Notes: generated from the sequence alone by a model not told the origin. 64,000 bases of DNA from Candidatus Marinacidobacterales bacterium (GCA_965224085.1 CBDCYI010000004.1:288001-352000); one strand, 5' to 3'; counted from the first letter of the stretch, positions 47,645 through 58,255 are shown. Numbers and translations are program-made.

Positions 47645-49328
47645 GTTCCTGTCCAGAAACACCATAACTTGTGGTGTACGAGAGGCCTATCGAAGATGTG
47701 GGTATTATACGTTTTCAGCCGGCACCTCGTAGGCTCGGAAGCGAATGAAAATCTTGGACGAAACGAGAGGCGAATCGTCAGCAATCCATGGCTATAAACG
47801 CAGTAAGAGCAATCATTATTATCGTAATAGGTGCCTTGCCATTACCAACAGGTTGCAGGTGATGATGGAACTCCATACGTAGGATTTGAAAGAAGGCAAT
47901 GAGCGCCATGTGCATCGGTCGAGACCAAAGACTCGTTTCAAGAACGAAATGACGCCTTCGATTCCGCAGCGAAATCGCCGTAGGCGTTGATAGACCCAGG
48001 AACTCTTGACCATATCGGTCACCGCGAAGTGAGCCTTGGTAAAGGCAACATCTTCAACTCCCTTGCCTTTGATGGCTTCCAAGTTTGCCTTTGAAGAAAA
48101 CGCGCCATCGTAGGCAACCTGGCGCGGGGCCCGTTCGTAGAGTTCGACTTGACGGTCGATCATGGTTTCCGCGAGAGTTGAATCGGACGGATTCCCATCC
48201 AAGATCACGCAATCCAAAATCATCGAGGACGAGCCACCAGTCAAACACACCTTGTGACCGTAGAGAGTCTCGCGCCGGTCTTTGCGAATAATGTCGGTGT
48301 GTTCTTCGAAGATCGAAACGACCTTTTCCTCCGCAGGCACACGCTCTTCATCAATCACTCTACGCCGAGTTTGGTTGATGACTTTTTCGGTGAGGACGAG
48401 AAAGTGCTTAAAATCCGCGGCGATCTTCTCCGCACTCGCTCGCTTCACCGGCTCGGTCAAGCCGGACTCGTCCAACTGGTCTGCAACGCGTTGAGCGGAG
48501 CGATAGGTTTCTTCCGACACCTTCAGTAGATCTCGATAGACGCGACGCCTTTGTTCCTTATCCTTCGCGTTTAGAACTCCCAGTCGACGTCTCTCCGCTC
48601 GACGCGTTCGATTGCCGAAGACCACTACTGTACCCAGCAGTTCGCGAGTTCGGCACATGAGGCGAGTGAGAACTCGGACGCAGTCATAAAGAAGCTCGGA
48701 GTCCGTAGGAGAATGAATATTCGACTCCACTACCGTGCAGTCCACTCGTACTTTTCTTCCTTTTTCGATCGCGGTCTTCTCGGCAACACTCACCAACTCT
48801 CGGTTGATTTTCTCCAGCGTTTCGAACTTCACGGCTTTGATGTTTGCTGCTAGGGTCGACTTCGACGGGCTCGGCTCTATGATGCCGAGCTGGCAAAACG
48901 TCCGATAGCTTCGAGAGTCTGCCAAGTGAAACGCCAGCTCCCGATAGGTGAACTGATTCAGCTGCTTGACCAACAACGCCCGGAGAACCTGCTCCGCGCT
49001 CATTCCCCCACGACCAACATCGCTCCCTGCCGATGGGGTGACCGACCTCAGGTCTTGCAGTACCAGCTCATTGAGCTTAGGATGGGCATCGAGCACCGAC
49101 GAGATCGCTTCGAGTTCGCGTGCGTGCTCCAGCTCCAGCCAGGGCTCGCATAGGCTTGGTTGTGGAATGATTGTTTTTCGCATTTAGGGCTGGTCTCCTT
49201 TGGAGTTAAGTCGTTTAGAATCTGCGTTTTTGTCGACTCGATACTAAACGACACTCCCTCAGAAGGCTAGCCCTAAATTTGCGATTACCCCTTTTTTCTC
49301 AACCTCTTACACCTGTCAGGACGGGTAC
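47645..49328 (-). mobile_element. ISNCY/IS5-like element, copy 1
   Basis: Ends GTTCCTGTCC / GGACGGGTAC, flanked by TAGCTA. Confidence 0.9.
47819..49183 (-). CDS. DDE transposase (ISNCY/IS5-like)
   Basis: RVDCTVVESNIHSPTD, YGHK, YDGAF, R.GIEGVISFLKR. Confidence 0.92.
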   Translation of the reverse strand: MRKTIIPQPSLCEPWLELEHARELEAISSVLDAHPKLNELVLQDLRSVTPSAGSDVGRGGMSAEQVLRALLVKQLNQFTYRELAFHLADSRSYRTFCQLGIIEPSPSKSTLAANIKAVKFETLEKINRELVSVAEKTAIEKGRKVRVDCTVVESNIHSPTDSELLYDCVRVLTRLMCRTRELLGTVVVFGNRTRRAERRRLGVLNAKDKEQRRRVYRDLLKVSEETYRSAQRVADQLDESGLTEPVKRASAEKIAADFKHFLVLTEKVINQTRRRVIDEERVPAEEKVVSIFEEHTDIIRKDRRETLYGHKVCLTGGSSSMILDCVILDGNPSDSTLAETMIDRQVELYERAPRQVAYDGAFSSKANLEAIKGKGVEDVAFTKAHFAVTDMVKSSWVYQRLRRFRCGIEGVISFLKRVFGLDRCTWRSLPSFKSYVWSSIITCNLLVMARHLLR

Positions 49329-49334
49329 TAGCTA

Positions 49335-51018
49335 GTTCCTGTCCAGAAACACCATAACTTGTGGTGTACGAGAGGCCTATCGAAGATGTGGGTATTATAC
49401 GTTTTCAGCCGGCACCTCGTAGGCTCGGAAGCGAATGAAAATCTTGGACGAAACGAGAGGCGAATCGTCAGCAATCCATGGCTATAAACGCAGTAAGAGT
49501 AATCATTATTATCGTAATAGGTGCCTTGCCATTACCAACAGGTTGCAGGTGATGATGGAACTCCATACGTAGGATTTGAAAGAAGGCAATGAGCGCCATG
49601 TGCATCGGTCGAGACCAAAGACTCGTTTCAAGAACGAAATGACGCCTTCGATTCCGCAGCGAAATCGCCGTAGGCGTTGATAGACCCAGGAACTCTTGAC
49701 CATATCGGTCACCGCGAAGTGAGCCTTGGTAAAGGCAACATCTTCAACTCCCTTGCCTTTGATGGCTTCCAAGTTTGCCTTTGAAGAAAACGCGCCATCG
49801 TAGGCAACCTGGCGCGGGGCCCGTTCGTAGAGTTCGACTTGACGGTCGATCATGGTTTCCGCGAGAGTTGAATCGGACGGATTCCCATCCAAGATCACGC
49901 AATCCAAAATCATCGAGGACGAGCCACCAGTCAAACACACCTTGTGACCGTAGAGAGTCTCGCGCCGGTCTTTGCGAATAATGTCGGTGTGTTCTTCGAA
50001 GATCGAAACGACCTTTTCCTCCGCAGGCACACGCTCTTCATCAATCACTCTACGCCGAGTTTGGTTGATGACTTTTTCGGTGAGGACGAGAAAGTGCTTA
50101 AAATCCGCGGCGATCTTCTCCGCACTCGCTCGCTTCACCGGCTCGGTCAAGCCGGACTCGTCCAACTGGTCTGCAACGCGTTGAGCGGAGCGATAGGTTT
50201 CTTCCGACACCTTCAGTAGATCTCGATAGACGCGACGCCTTTGTTCCTTATCCTTCGCGTTTAGAACTCCCAGTCGACGTCTCTTCGCTCGACGCGTTCG
50301 ATTGCCGAAGACCACTACTGTACCCAGCAGTTCGCGAGTTCGGCACATGAGGCGAGTGAGAACTCGGACGCAGTCATAAAGAAGCTCGGAGTCCGTAGGA
50401 GAATGAATATTCGACTCCACTACCGTGCAGTCCACTCGTACTTTTCTTCCTTTTTCGATCGCGGTCTTCTCGGCAACACTCACCAACTCTCGGTTGATTT
50501 TCTCCAGCGTTTCGAACTTCACGGCTTTGATGTTTGCTGCTAGGGTCGACTTCGACGGGCTCGGCTCTATGATGCCGAGCTGGCAAAACGTCCGATAGCT
50601 TCGAGAGTCTGCCAAGTGAAACGCCAGCTCCCGATAGGTGAACTGATTCAGCTGCTTGACCAACAACGCCCGGAGAACCTGCTCCGCGCTCATTCCCCCA
50701 CGACCAACATCGCTCCCTGCCGATGGGGTGACCGACCTCAGGTCTTGCAGTACCAGCTCATTCAGCTTAGGATGGGCATCGAGCAGCGATGATATCGTTT
50801 CGAGCTCGCGTGCGTGCTCCAGCTCCAGCCAGGGCTCGCGAAGGCTTGGTTGTGGGTTGATCGTTTTTCGCATTTAGGGCTGGTCTCCTTTGGAGTTAAG
50901 TCGTTTAGAATCTGCGTTTTTGTCGACTCGATACTAAACGACACTCCCTCAGAAGGCTAGCCCTAAATTTGCGATTACCCCTTTTTTCTCAACCTCTTAC
51001 ACCTGTCAGGACGGGTAC
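49335..51018 (-). mobile_element. ISNCY/IS5-like element, copy 2 (tandem)
   Basis: 1690-bp period. TAGCTA at 47639, 49329 and 51019. Confidence 0.9.
49509..50873 (-). CDS. DDE transposase (ISNCY/IS5-like)
   Basis: Near-identical to 47819..49183. Confidence 0.92.
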   Translation of the reverse strand: MRKTINPQPSLREPWLELEHARELETISSLLDAHPKLNELVLQDLRSVTPSAGSDVGRGGMSAEQVLRALLVKQLNQFTYRELAFHLADSRSYRTFCQLGIIEPSPSKSTLAANIKAVKFETLEKINRELVSVAEKTAIEKGRKVRVDCTVVESNIHSPTDSELLYDCVRVLTRLMCRTRELLGTVVVFGNRTRRAKRRRLGVLNAKDKEQRRRVYRDLLKVSEETYRSAQRVADQLDESGLTEPVKRASAEKIAADFKHFLVLTEKVINQTRRRVIDEERVPAEEKVVSIFEEHTDIIRKDRRETLYGHKVCLTGGSSSMILDCVILDGNPSDSTLAETMIDRQVELYERAPRQVAYDGAFSSKANLEAIKGKGVEDVAFTKAHFAVTDMVKSSWVYQRLRRFRCGIEGVISFLKRVFGLDRCTWRSLPSFKSYVWSSIITCNLLVMARHLLR

Positions 51019-51021
51019 TAG

Positions 51022-53055
51022 CTAATTCGTGGGCTCTCCCATGAACCGCTTTTTCGGCTCGACCAGCTTGACCACCCATAGGCCGGAGGTAAAGTCAGCG
51101 AGAAAGATGTTGCCCTTGTAAGGCTGCACCCCCCAAACGTTCGGTGCGTTTGGTTTGAAGCTCTTGGGGTCGTAAGGATGCCAGAACGCGATCTCCCGTC
51201 CTTGCCGATAGAGGTCGCCACGGAGCTCGCCGGAAATGTCGACGACACGGAGGCCGCCTCCGTAATAACCGATATAAAGCACGTCGTCCTCGACCCAGAG
51301 ATTATGTGAGCCTGCTTCGGGGACTTGATAACGCGCGACTTCCTTGGGCTCGTTCCATTCGTCCCATTCGAGCACATGAATCCATCCCGCCGCGCGCTGC
51401 GGAGGCGCACCCGGACGCTCGTCACGGGCGTAGGGAAAAGCTTCGTCGCCGGCAAACGCGTAGAACTTGCCTGTCGATTGGCTCTTGTAAGGAAAGGCCG
51501 CATGATTCCAGCCGCTCGGATAGGCGTAGCTCCCGAGCTTCACGGGACTATTGGGCGCGCCTCCCTGGCCGCCGCCGCCGACGTCCACGGCCACTACGCC
51601 GTCGTACCAGTTGGACGAATAGGCAATACCATCGACGACCCAAACGTCGTGGATACCGTGTCCCGGCGTGTCGAGCTCGAAACGTCCCACGCGGTAGGGA
51701 GTCGTGGGGTCCTCGATGCTGATGATGTCGTAGCGACGTCCGTTCGAGAGCGCGTAAACGTGCGCTTCGTGGATGAAGACATTGTGCACGCCGCCGTTCA
51801 ACTGGTCGTCGTATCGCGCGATAACGCGCACGCCGTCCGCCGGGTTCCTGACGTCGAGGATGACGAGACCGTTCTTGCGATTGGACGCGCCCTCGCGGCT
51901 GATGATGGCGGTGGCGCCGTCTTCGGAGATCTTGACGTCGTTGACGGTGCGCGCATCGACGCGTACGGTGTCGACGAGCTGAATAGTGTTGGGCTCGGTG
52001 ACATCCCAGAAATAGGCGTGGCCGTCGGCACTCCAAGTGCCTGTCATGGCGTAGTCGCGCCCGTCCGGTGCCTCCCAGACCCATAAGTCGGAGGTGTGTC
52101 GATCGCGCACCGGCCCCTGGCCCAACACTTCGACCGCCTTGCGCACTTTCCGGGTCCGGGCCTTGATGGTCTTGCGAGCGACGTGGTTGCCCGCGACAGC
52201 GACGATCGTGTGAAGTCCGGAACGCTCGGCGACGAAAGCGCCTTCTTCATCGATCTGCCCCGTGGCGCCAGCCGCGATGATGCCCGCTTCAGGCCGCGCA
52301 TAGGTTGCGAACTGCACCGGATAGTCGAAAACGGCTTTACCGTTTGCATCGAGCGCTCTCGCTTCGAAGAAGACGACGTCACCGGTGCGAACGTCGTCAG
52401 CACTCGCGCTGAGCTCGAACGAGGTGACCGGGTCCGCCGCGACGTCGATGTCGATGTGGCCGCTCACGGATTCCGCGTGCGCTGTGATCCGCACCATGCC
52501 TGCTTTCTTGAAGGAAAGCGAGCCGAGCGCATCGAGGCTCGCGACGCTCTCGTCACTCGTCTCGAGCCTTACTTCCACGTCGGGGCGATTGGCGCCCGCG
52601 CTGTCGGTCACTCGAGTCTCGATAGGTGCTATGGTGCCGGCGTAAAACGCCGATGGAAGGTCGACGAACTCGACAGAGGCTGCGGGCGGATTCGGGATGG
52701 TGACGGGAATCTCTACCGTCAGAAGTGCGTCGGCGCGCCGATCGAGATCCTCGGGATCCTTCGGGAGCATCGCGATGAGCACATGCTCGCCGGGCCGGTA
52801 GGCTTCGACGATCCCCGCGGGATTGATGCCAACGGAACGCCGGCGCCGCGAAAAGAAAACGACGGGGCGCTCGACAATATCGCCGTCCGCTTCGAGCACA
52901 GTGGCCACGAGCGTGGCTTTCTCGCCGACCTTCAGATTGAGCTCGCTCGGCTCGACCTTGAGCGTCAAAGTCAGTGTCGGCTCCGCTGGCTCTTCTTGCG
53001 CCCACACGGCGATGGAGACGAATAGCAGCGTCAGGACGATCGCGGCCTGTTTCAT
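51022..53055 (-). CDS. Secreted Ig-like domain + LVIVD-repeat propeller protein
   Basis: Signal peptide, Big-like domains, LVILDV, GVHN, IHDVWV, GLRVVDIS. Confidence 0.8.
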   Translation of the reverse strand: MKQAAIVLTLLFVSIAVWAQEEPAEPTLTLTLKVEPSELNLKVGEKATLVATVLEADGDIVERPVVFFSRRRRSVGINPAGIVEAYRPGEHVLIAMLPKDPEDLDRRADALLTVEIPVTIPNPPAASVEFVDLPSAFYAGTIAPIETRVTDSAGANRPDVEVRLETSDESVASLDALGSLSFKKAGMVRITAHAESVSGHIDIDVAADPVTSFELSASADDVRTGDVVFFEARALDANGKAVFDYPVQFATYARPEAGIIAAGATGQIDEEGAFVAERSGLHTIVAVAGNHVARKTIKARTRKVRKAVEVLGQGPVRDRHTSDLWVWEAPDGRDYAMTGTWSADGHAYFWDVTEPNTIQLVDTVRVDARTVNDVKISEDGATAIISREGASNRKNGLVILDVRNPADGVRVIARYDDQLNGGVHNVFIHEAHVYALSNGRRYDIISIEDPTTPYRVGRFELDTPGHGIHDVWVVDGIAYSSNWYDGVVAVDVGGGGQGGAPNSPVKLGSYAYPSGWNHAAFPYKSQSTGKFYAFAGDEAFPYARDERPGAPPQRAAGWIHVLEWDEWNEPKEVARYQVPEAGSHNLWVEDDVLYIGYYGGGLRVVDISGELRGDLYRQGREIAFWHPYDPKSFKPNAPNVWGVQPYKGNIFLADFTSGLWVVKLVEPKKRFMGEPTN

Positions 53056-54143
53056 TGTGCTCCCTTCCAAAAAATAATCCCGCCCGCCTGTTTGCCGACA
53101 TCGGCTACGGCGACGCGTTCCTTCGATGTGAGGTCGTAGACCTCGACGGTACCCGGCTCACCGCCGACCCCTTCGAGCGTCACGAAAGCATATTTGTCGT
53201 CGTCCGAAACGGCGACCCCGTGCGGGATGCGGCGTGTCGTCTTGAGGCGGGCGAGCTCCGCGCCCATCGTGAGATCCCAGATGGCAACATACGCGCCCGA
53301 CTTGTAAGTGGCAATTAATAACTTGCCGTCGGAGGTCACTTCGAGGTTGTACGGGCCCATGCCGTCTCCGGCATCGAGCTTGCGCGAGACTTTCCACGCC
53401 TCGAGATCGATTTCGTGAATCAGGTTGTCGCCGTTGCCCGCGACGTAGATACGGTTTTCGGGCGTCGGAGCGGTCGCCCAGGTCGGCTTCACCTTCATCG
53501 ACATACGCCCGAGCAGGTCTTCGCCTGTCCCTGAATCGGAGAGCGACAACGTCCGCGCCACTTCGAACTTGAACGTGTCGAGCTCGACAAGGCTGTCGCT
53601 CATCATGTTCACCGAGTAGAGAAGGGTGCCTTTCGCGTTCATCCGGGAGCCATGGGGCATGATTCCGACGTCGATGCGATCGACCTCTGTCATCGTGCTC
53701 GTCTCGATTACCGAGATGCTGCTCGGCTTCATATCGCCGTGCAGATCGAAGTTGACCGCGAAGAGAAGGCCCGTCGAGGGCGAGATGGATATCGTTGCTG
53801 GAAACATTCCCACGGTGACGTCGCCGAGCCACTCGTCGTTAGCCGTATCGAACTTGTGGATGGAACCAAACGGCATTCCGTGCGCGATCGACAAGAACCA
53901 GTACCGCCCGTCGGGCGAAACGTTGATGCCGTGGGGCCCCTCGGTCTCGGAAGGAAAGGCCCCAACGGGGATCGATTTGACCTCCGCGAGGCCGCCGGGA
54001 CCGTATCGCAATTTGTGTACGGTGTCGTCCGACTCGGCGCAGACATAGACGAAGTAGTTTCGTTGGGGCGGGTCGGCTGCGGTCGCACTGTTGGCGCCGA
54101 CGAATCCAACAACGATGGCAAGCGTCGAGCTCGAAATCTTCAA
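53052..54143 (-). CDS. Secreted YVTN/YncE-type beta-propeller protein
   Basis: PHG..SPDG and V..IDVG..PHG repeats. TTG 54143 follows GGAGG. ATGA overlap with the downstream gene. Confidence 0.8.
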   Translation of the reverse strand: MKISSSTLAIVVGFVGANSATAADPPQRNYFVYVCAESDDTVHKLRYGPGGLAEVKSIPVGAFPSETEGPHGINVSPDGRYWFLSIAHGMPFGSIHKFDTANDEWLGDVTVGMFPATISISPSTGLLFAVNFDLHGDMKPSSISVIETSTMTEVDRIDVGIMPHGSRMNAKGTLLYSVNMMSDSLVELDTFKFEVARTLSLSDSGTGEDLLGRMSMKVKPTWATAPTPENRIYVAGNGDNLIHEIDLEAWKVSRKLDAGDGMGPYNLEVTSDGKLLIATYKSGAYVAIWDLTMGAELARLKTTRRIPHGVAVSDDDKYAFVTLEGVGGEPGTVEVYDLTSKERVAVADVGKQAGGIIFWKGAQ

Positions 54144-54222
54144 TGCGCTTCCTCCAACGCCTATTAGTGTCACAGGCGAGTCCCCGTCGTAATCGGGCGA
54201 TCAGCTGCGCTATCCTGCGCCC

Positions 54223-54750
54223 GTGCTTCCCGATTACCTAGCCTCCGGGCTCGACGTAATCCTCGTTGGTATCAACCCGGGGCTTCGTTCCGTCGAAGCA
54301 GGCCATCACTTCGCCGGCCCAGGCAACAAGTTCTGGGACCTCCTCAAGGACTCCGGCCTGACGCCAAAGAGACTCCATTATAAAGAAGATGGCGACCTTC
54401 TAGGGTATGGGATCGGTCTCACGAATATCGTCCCCCGACCCTCGAGCTCGAGCTCGGACCTGCGCCCGGAAGACTACCAAGCCGGCCGCCGTACTCTCCG
54501 AAGAAAAATAGAACGCTACCACCCAAAAGTCGCCGCTTGCGTCGGGATCACCGTCCTAAGAGAGCTATGGCCCGAAATCTCGAAGAACCCAAAGCCAAAA
54601 AAAATAGAGTGCGGCCACCGCCCCGAAACAATAGGAAAAACCGCCCTGTTCGTGCTACCAAACCCAAGTGGCCGAAACGCATCCTACACATACACCCAAA
54701 TGCTCAATTGCTGGGAAAAACTGAAGAGCTACTTAGAGCAAATAAGATGA
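54223..54750 (+). CDS. mug: Mismatch-specific uracil-DNA glycosylase
   Basis: GINPG, HHFAGPGNKFW, GLTN, LPNPSG. Confidence 0.92.
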   Translation: MLPDYLASGLDVILVGINPGLRSVEAGHHFAGPGNKFWDLLKDSGLTPKRLHYKEDGDLLGYGIGLTNIVPRPSSSSSDLRPEDYQAGRRTLRRKIERYHPKVAACVGITVLRELWPEISKNPKPKKIECGHRPETIGKTALFVLPNPSGRNASYTYTQMLNCWEKLKSYLEQIR

Positions 54751-54790
54751 GTCCGGAGAATTAATATTCCTGAATGTTGAATGCTGACCC

Positions 54791-55624
54791 ATGCCTGAAC
54801 TTCCCGAAGTAGAAATCTGGCGCGAAAATCTGGAGCGCTGGGTGGCCGGCCGCCGCATCCGTGGCGCAAGCGTCGGTGATGCGCTCCTACGCGGCTCGCA
54901 GCCGCGCCGCAAGATCGAGGCCACGCTCGCCGGTGCAACGATCCGGAATATCTCACGACGAGGCAAATTTCTGTTGTTCGACCTCGGCGCGCGCCGCCCC
55001 GAGCTCCTCGTCCACCTCGGGATGACGGGCACCTTCGAGCGCGTTGCTCGCAATGCTCACCTCCCCAAGTTTACGCGCGTTGTCCTTCTGCTTTCCCGCG
55101 GAGAGCGGCTCGCGTTCCTGGATGCGCGCCGACTCGGCAAGTTCCGTCTTGTCAACGAAAAAGAGCAAAAGCGCCTCGACGCGCTCGGCGTCGAACCTTT
55201 GAGCCGGGAGTTCACCGCAAAGCGTCTGCGCGAGCTCATGGAGAAATCGTCACGGCCCATCAAATTGCTTTTGATGGACCAGAAGCGCATCGCCGGCATC
55301 GGCAACATCCAGGCTGCAGAAGCGCTCTTTCGCGCGCGCATTCATCCGGAGCAAGCCGCGAATACGCTCACACGAGACGAAGTCCGCCGCCTCGCGCGCT
55401 CCATCCGGGGCTCGCTCAGAAGTGAGATCGAGCGCTCGCGGTCCGAGACGCTCACCTATCTTCAGGCCGGTGGCGAGAACCTTTTCGTTGTCTATGGCCG
55501 TTGTGGGGAACCGTGCTCACGCTGCAAGACACCCATCGCAAAGCTCCTCCAGGGCGGACGTTCGACTTACTATTGCCCGTCCTGCCAGCCTAAGGGCTCG
55601 CGCAAGAATAACTTCACAATATAG
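54791..55624 (+). CDS. mutM: Formamidopyrimidine-DNA glycosylase
   Basis: MPELPEVE, RRGKF, HLGMTG, DQ..IAGIGN, C4 zinc finger. Confidence 0.96.
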   Translation: MPELPEVEIWRENLERWVAGRRIRGASVGDALLRGSQPRRKIEATLAGATIRNISRRGKFLLFDLGARRPELLVHLGMTGTFERVARNAHLPKFTRVVLLLSRGERLAFLDARRLGKFRLVNEKEQKRLDALGVEPLSREFTAKRLRELMEKSSRPIKLLLMDQKRIAGIGNIQAAEALFRARIHPEQAANTLTRDEVRRLARSIRGSLRSEIERSRSETLTYLQAGGENLFVVYGRCGEPCSRCKTPIAKLLQGGRSTYYCPSCQPKGSRKNNFTI

Positions 55625-55770
55625 GCCGCCATGAACCCGGATGCGTCCCGCCTGGCTTCGTTTCTCGTCGGGCATCTATCTGGTTATTATTCTCCTCGCG
55701 CCTTGCCGCAGGCGCCTCGGCGATCCGAAAATGCAAATTTATTGTTGCGCAGACCCTAAGAGGAAGTGAC

Positions 55771-56949
55771 ATGAAACGCGACGATCTCAGCCCGTCGACC
55801 CGGGCCATTCACACCAACGAAGAGGGGCCGCGAACAAACCGGCCGGTGGCGCCACCGATCTATCTCTCCGCGACTTTCGAGTCCCAAGACATCGACGAGC
55901 AGATCGCGCTCGAAGAAGCGAAAGCGGACACGTTCTACACCCGCTACGGGAACCCGACCCTTTCACTCGCGGAGCGTGTTGTGGCGGAGCTCGAATCCGC
56001 GGAGGCAGCGGCCGTCTTCAGCTCCGGAATGGCCGCCATTACAACGTCGCTGCTCGCGCACTTGAAGCAAGGCGACCACGCGATCGTCCAACGTGAAGTT
56101 TATGGCGGCGCGCATCGATTTGCTTACGAGCTCCTTCCCAGATATGGCGTCGGCGTGAGCTGGTTCGGTGCGACGGAGAGCGATGGTTTCGAAAACGCCA
56201 TTCGGGAAAATACTCGAGTCGTGTATTTGGAATCGCCGACGAACCCAACCTTGAAGCTCGTCGACATCGAGCGGATCGTGAGCGTTGCTCGAGCGCGCGG
56301 CATCGTATCGTTTATCGACTCGACCTTCGCAACCCCGCTCAATACCCGACCGCACGAGCTGGGCGTCGACGGGGTCTTGCACTCGGCGACGAAATATCTC
56401 GGCGGGCACTCCGATTTGCTAGCGGGTGTCGTCGCCGGCTCGCGCGAGCTGATCGATCGCGTGAAGTCTTTTGGGCGCGTGCTCGGCGGCTGCCTGGATC
56501 CTCACGCCGCTTACCTCCTCATCCGGGGAATGAAGACCCTCGGCCTTCGGGTGCGCCAGCACAACGACACCGCCCTCACGATCGCCCACTTTCTGAAGGA
56601 GCACGACAAGGTGGAGGCTGTGCACTATCCGTTTCTTCCATCGCATCCGCAATACGAGCTGGCCAAGCGTCAGATGCGCGGCGGCGGCGGCGTTTTGAGC
56701 TTCGAAGTTCAGGGCGGGCTAGAAGGAGCCAAACGCTTTTCGAACGCGGTTTCGCTCATCCGGGTGGCGCCTAGCCTCGGCGGCGTCGAGTCCTTGCTCT
56801 CCATCCCCTGTTTGACGTCGCATGCGATGCTGACGCCCGAGGAGCGGGAGAGAGCCGGCATCGCGGACGGCCTTGTACGGGTGGCCGTCGGGACGGAAGA
56901 GGCCCGCGATTTGCGAACCGATCTCGAGGAGGCCCTCGGCTCCGTGTAG
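55771..56949 (+). CDS. Cys/Met metabolism PLP enzyme (cystathionine gamma-synthase/lyase family)
   Basis: YTRYGNPT, SGMAAI, ESPTNP, HSATKYLGGHSD, SLGGVES. Confidence 0.95.
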   Translation: MKRDDLSPSTRAIHTNEEGPRTNRPVAPPIYLSATFESQDIDEQIALEEAKADTFYTRYGNPTLSLAERVVAELESAEAAAVFSSGMAAITTSLLAHLKQGDHAIVQREVYGGAHRFAYELLPRYGVGVSWFGATESDGFENAIRENTRVVYLESPTNPTLKLVDIERIVSVARARGIVSFIDSTFATPLNTRPHELGVDGVLHSATKYLGGHSDLLAGVVAGSRELIDRVKSFGRVLGGCLDPHAAYLLIRGMKTLGLRVRQHNDTALTIAHFLKEHDKVEAVHYPFLPSHPQYELAKRQMRGGGGVLSFEVQGGLEGAKRFSNAVSLIRVAPSLGGVESLLSIPCLTSHAMLTPEERERAGIADGLVRVAVGTEEARDLRTDLEEALGSV

Positions 56950-57113
56950 TTGATGGAATTTACTTGACAGAACTGCTATCTTGAGGTTGACTTCAGTTCC
57001 GTAGTCAAGGCCTCGGGGTCGCGCGCCAGGCTCTCCCCCCTGAAGGAAGTCATCTCTCTGAGTTCCACGACCGCTCGGGCTAAAAGCTCATGCTGTTGGA
57101 GGAGGAAACCTTA

Positions 57114-57551
57114 ATGAAATACCGCCAAAGAGGCTACCGGGAAGACGAACATAGCCACGACCGCGAGCAACAGCGCCGGTCGGAGCGTCCTCCCGACCTC
57201 GGTAACCGGGAGCAAACCCGGTCACTGAGACATGCCATCGATCGGGAAACGATCATCGTGACCCGATGTGCGAAATGCGGGCATCAGGTTCCGACGAGCC
57301 AACTCGAGGTGGATCACACCTCCTCTTGCGCGAAATGCGGGACGCCTCTGCACTCGTGCAGGCATTGCAAGCAGTTCGATCCCGACGCGAGGTTCCAGTG
57401 TCGCGAGAAGATCGAAGTGCGGATCGCCGACAAAGGCGCGGCGAATGACTGCGAGCTCTTCAAGCCCGTGCAGTCGCTCGACGCTACCGGGCGTCGGGCC
57501 AATACCGCCGAAGACGCGCGCAGTGCTTTTCACGATCTGTTCAAATCCTGA
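57114..57551 (+). CDS. Cys-rich putative zinc-binding hypothetical protein
   Basis: Three CxxC pairs (CAKC, CAKC..LHSCRHC) plus NDCELF; RBS GGAGGAGG. Confidence 0.8.
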   Translation: MKYRQRGYREDEHSHDREQQRRSERPPDLGNREQTRSLRHAIDRETIIVTRCAKCGHQVPTSQLEVDHTSSCAKCGTPLHSCRHCKQFDPDARFQCREKIEVRIADKGAANDCELFKPVQSLDATGRRANTAEDARSAFHDLFKS

Positions 57552-57565
57552 GCGGAGCTTCGCGG

Positions 57566-58255
57566 GTGCTCAATCGGGTGCTCGTCCCCGAGGGCGCCTT
57601 TCTCATGGGCTCGATGGGGCGATTCGACAACGAGGAGCCGCAGCACCACGTCTTGGTCGCCGCCGTCGAGATGGCGACGACACCCGTCACGAACGCGGAT
57701 TATCGCGCCTATCTGAAGGAAACGGCCTTGGACAGCGCCGCGCCAGCTTGGCTCGACACGCCAGGTTTCGACCACCCGGACCAACCTGTCGTCGGGGTCA
57801 ACTGGCACGAAGCTCGCGCCTATTGCGACTGGCTCGCCGAGAGAAGCGGCCTCGCAATTCGCCTTCCCACTGAAGCCGAACGTGAGAAAGCTTCGCTAGG
57901 CGGTGTCGAGGACCAGCTATTCCCGTGGGGCGACGCGATCGATGGCGGCGGTCACGCTTGTCTCGACGGACCTCTCGAAGCTCCGGAGCGCGTCGCCACG
58001 ACCCCGCCCAACGGATATGGCTTGCACAACGTCGCCGACACCGTTCACGAGTGGTGTCTCGACGCCTATCATGCCGACTTCTACCACGTCTCGCCGTCCA
58101 AAAACCCGTGCGCCTTCGGCGGCGGGCGGCGCGCCGCCCGCGGCGGCTCCTGGCGGCATCAGATCGTCGTCACCGCTTGCGCGGCGTGCGCCAGCCTGCC
58201 GCCGGATTTCCACTATGCGGATTTCGGCTTTCGCTGGGTGAGAGACCTGACGTGA
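57566..58255 (+). CDS. FGE-sulfatase (SUMF1) domain protein
   Basis: FLMGS, VTNADY, PVVGVNW, RLPTEAE, PNGYGL, RGGSW, GFR. Confidence 0.9.
   Translation: MLNRVLVPEGAFLMGSMGRFDNEEPQHHVLVAAVEMATTPVTNADYRAYLKETALDSAAPAWLDTPGFDHPDQPVVGVNWHEARAYCDWLAERSGLAIRLPTEAEREKASLGGVEDQLFPWGDAIDGGGHACLDGPLEAPERVATTPPNGYGLHNVADTVHEWCLDAYHADFYHVSPSKNPCAFGGGRRAARGGSWRHQIVVTACAACASLPPDFHYADFGFRWVRDLT

Noticed and set aside
55625-55770. SAM riboswitch upstream of the Cys/Met enzyme
   Set aside because: No SAM-I/II/IV consensus visible.
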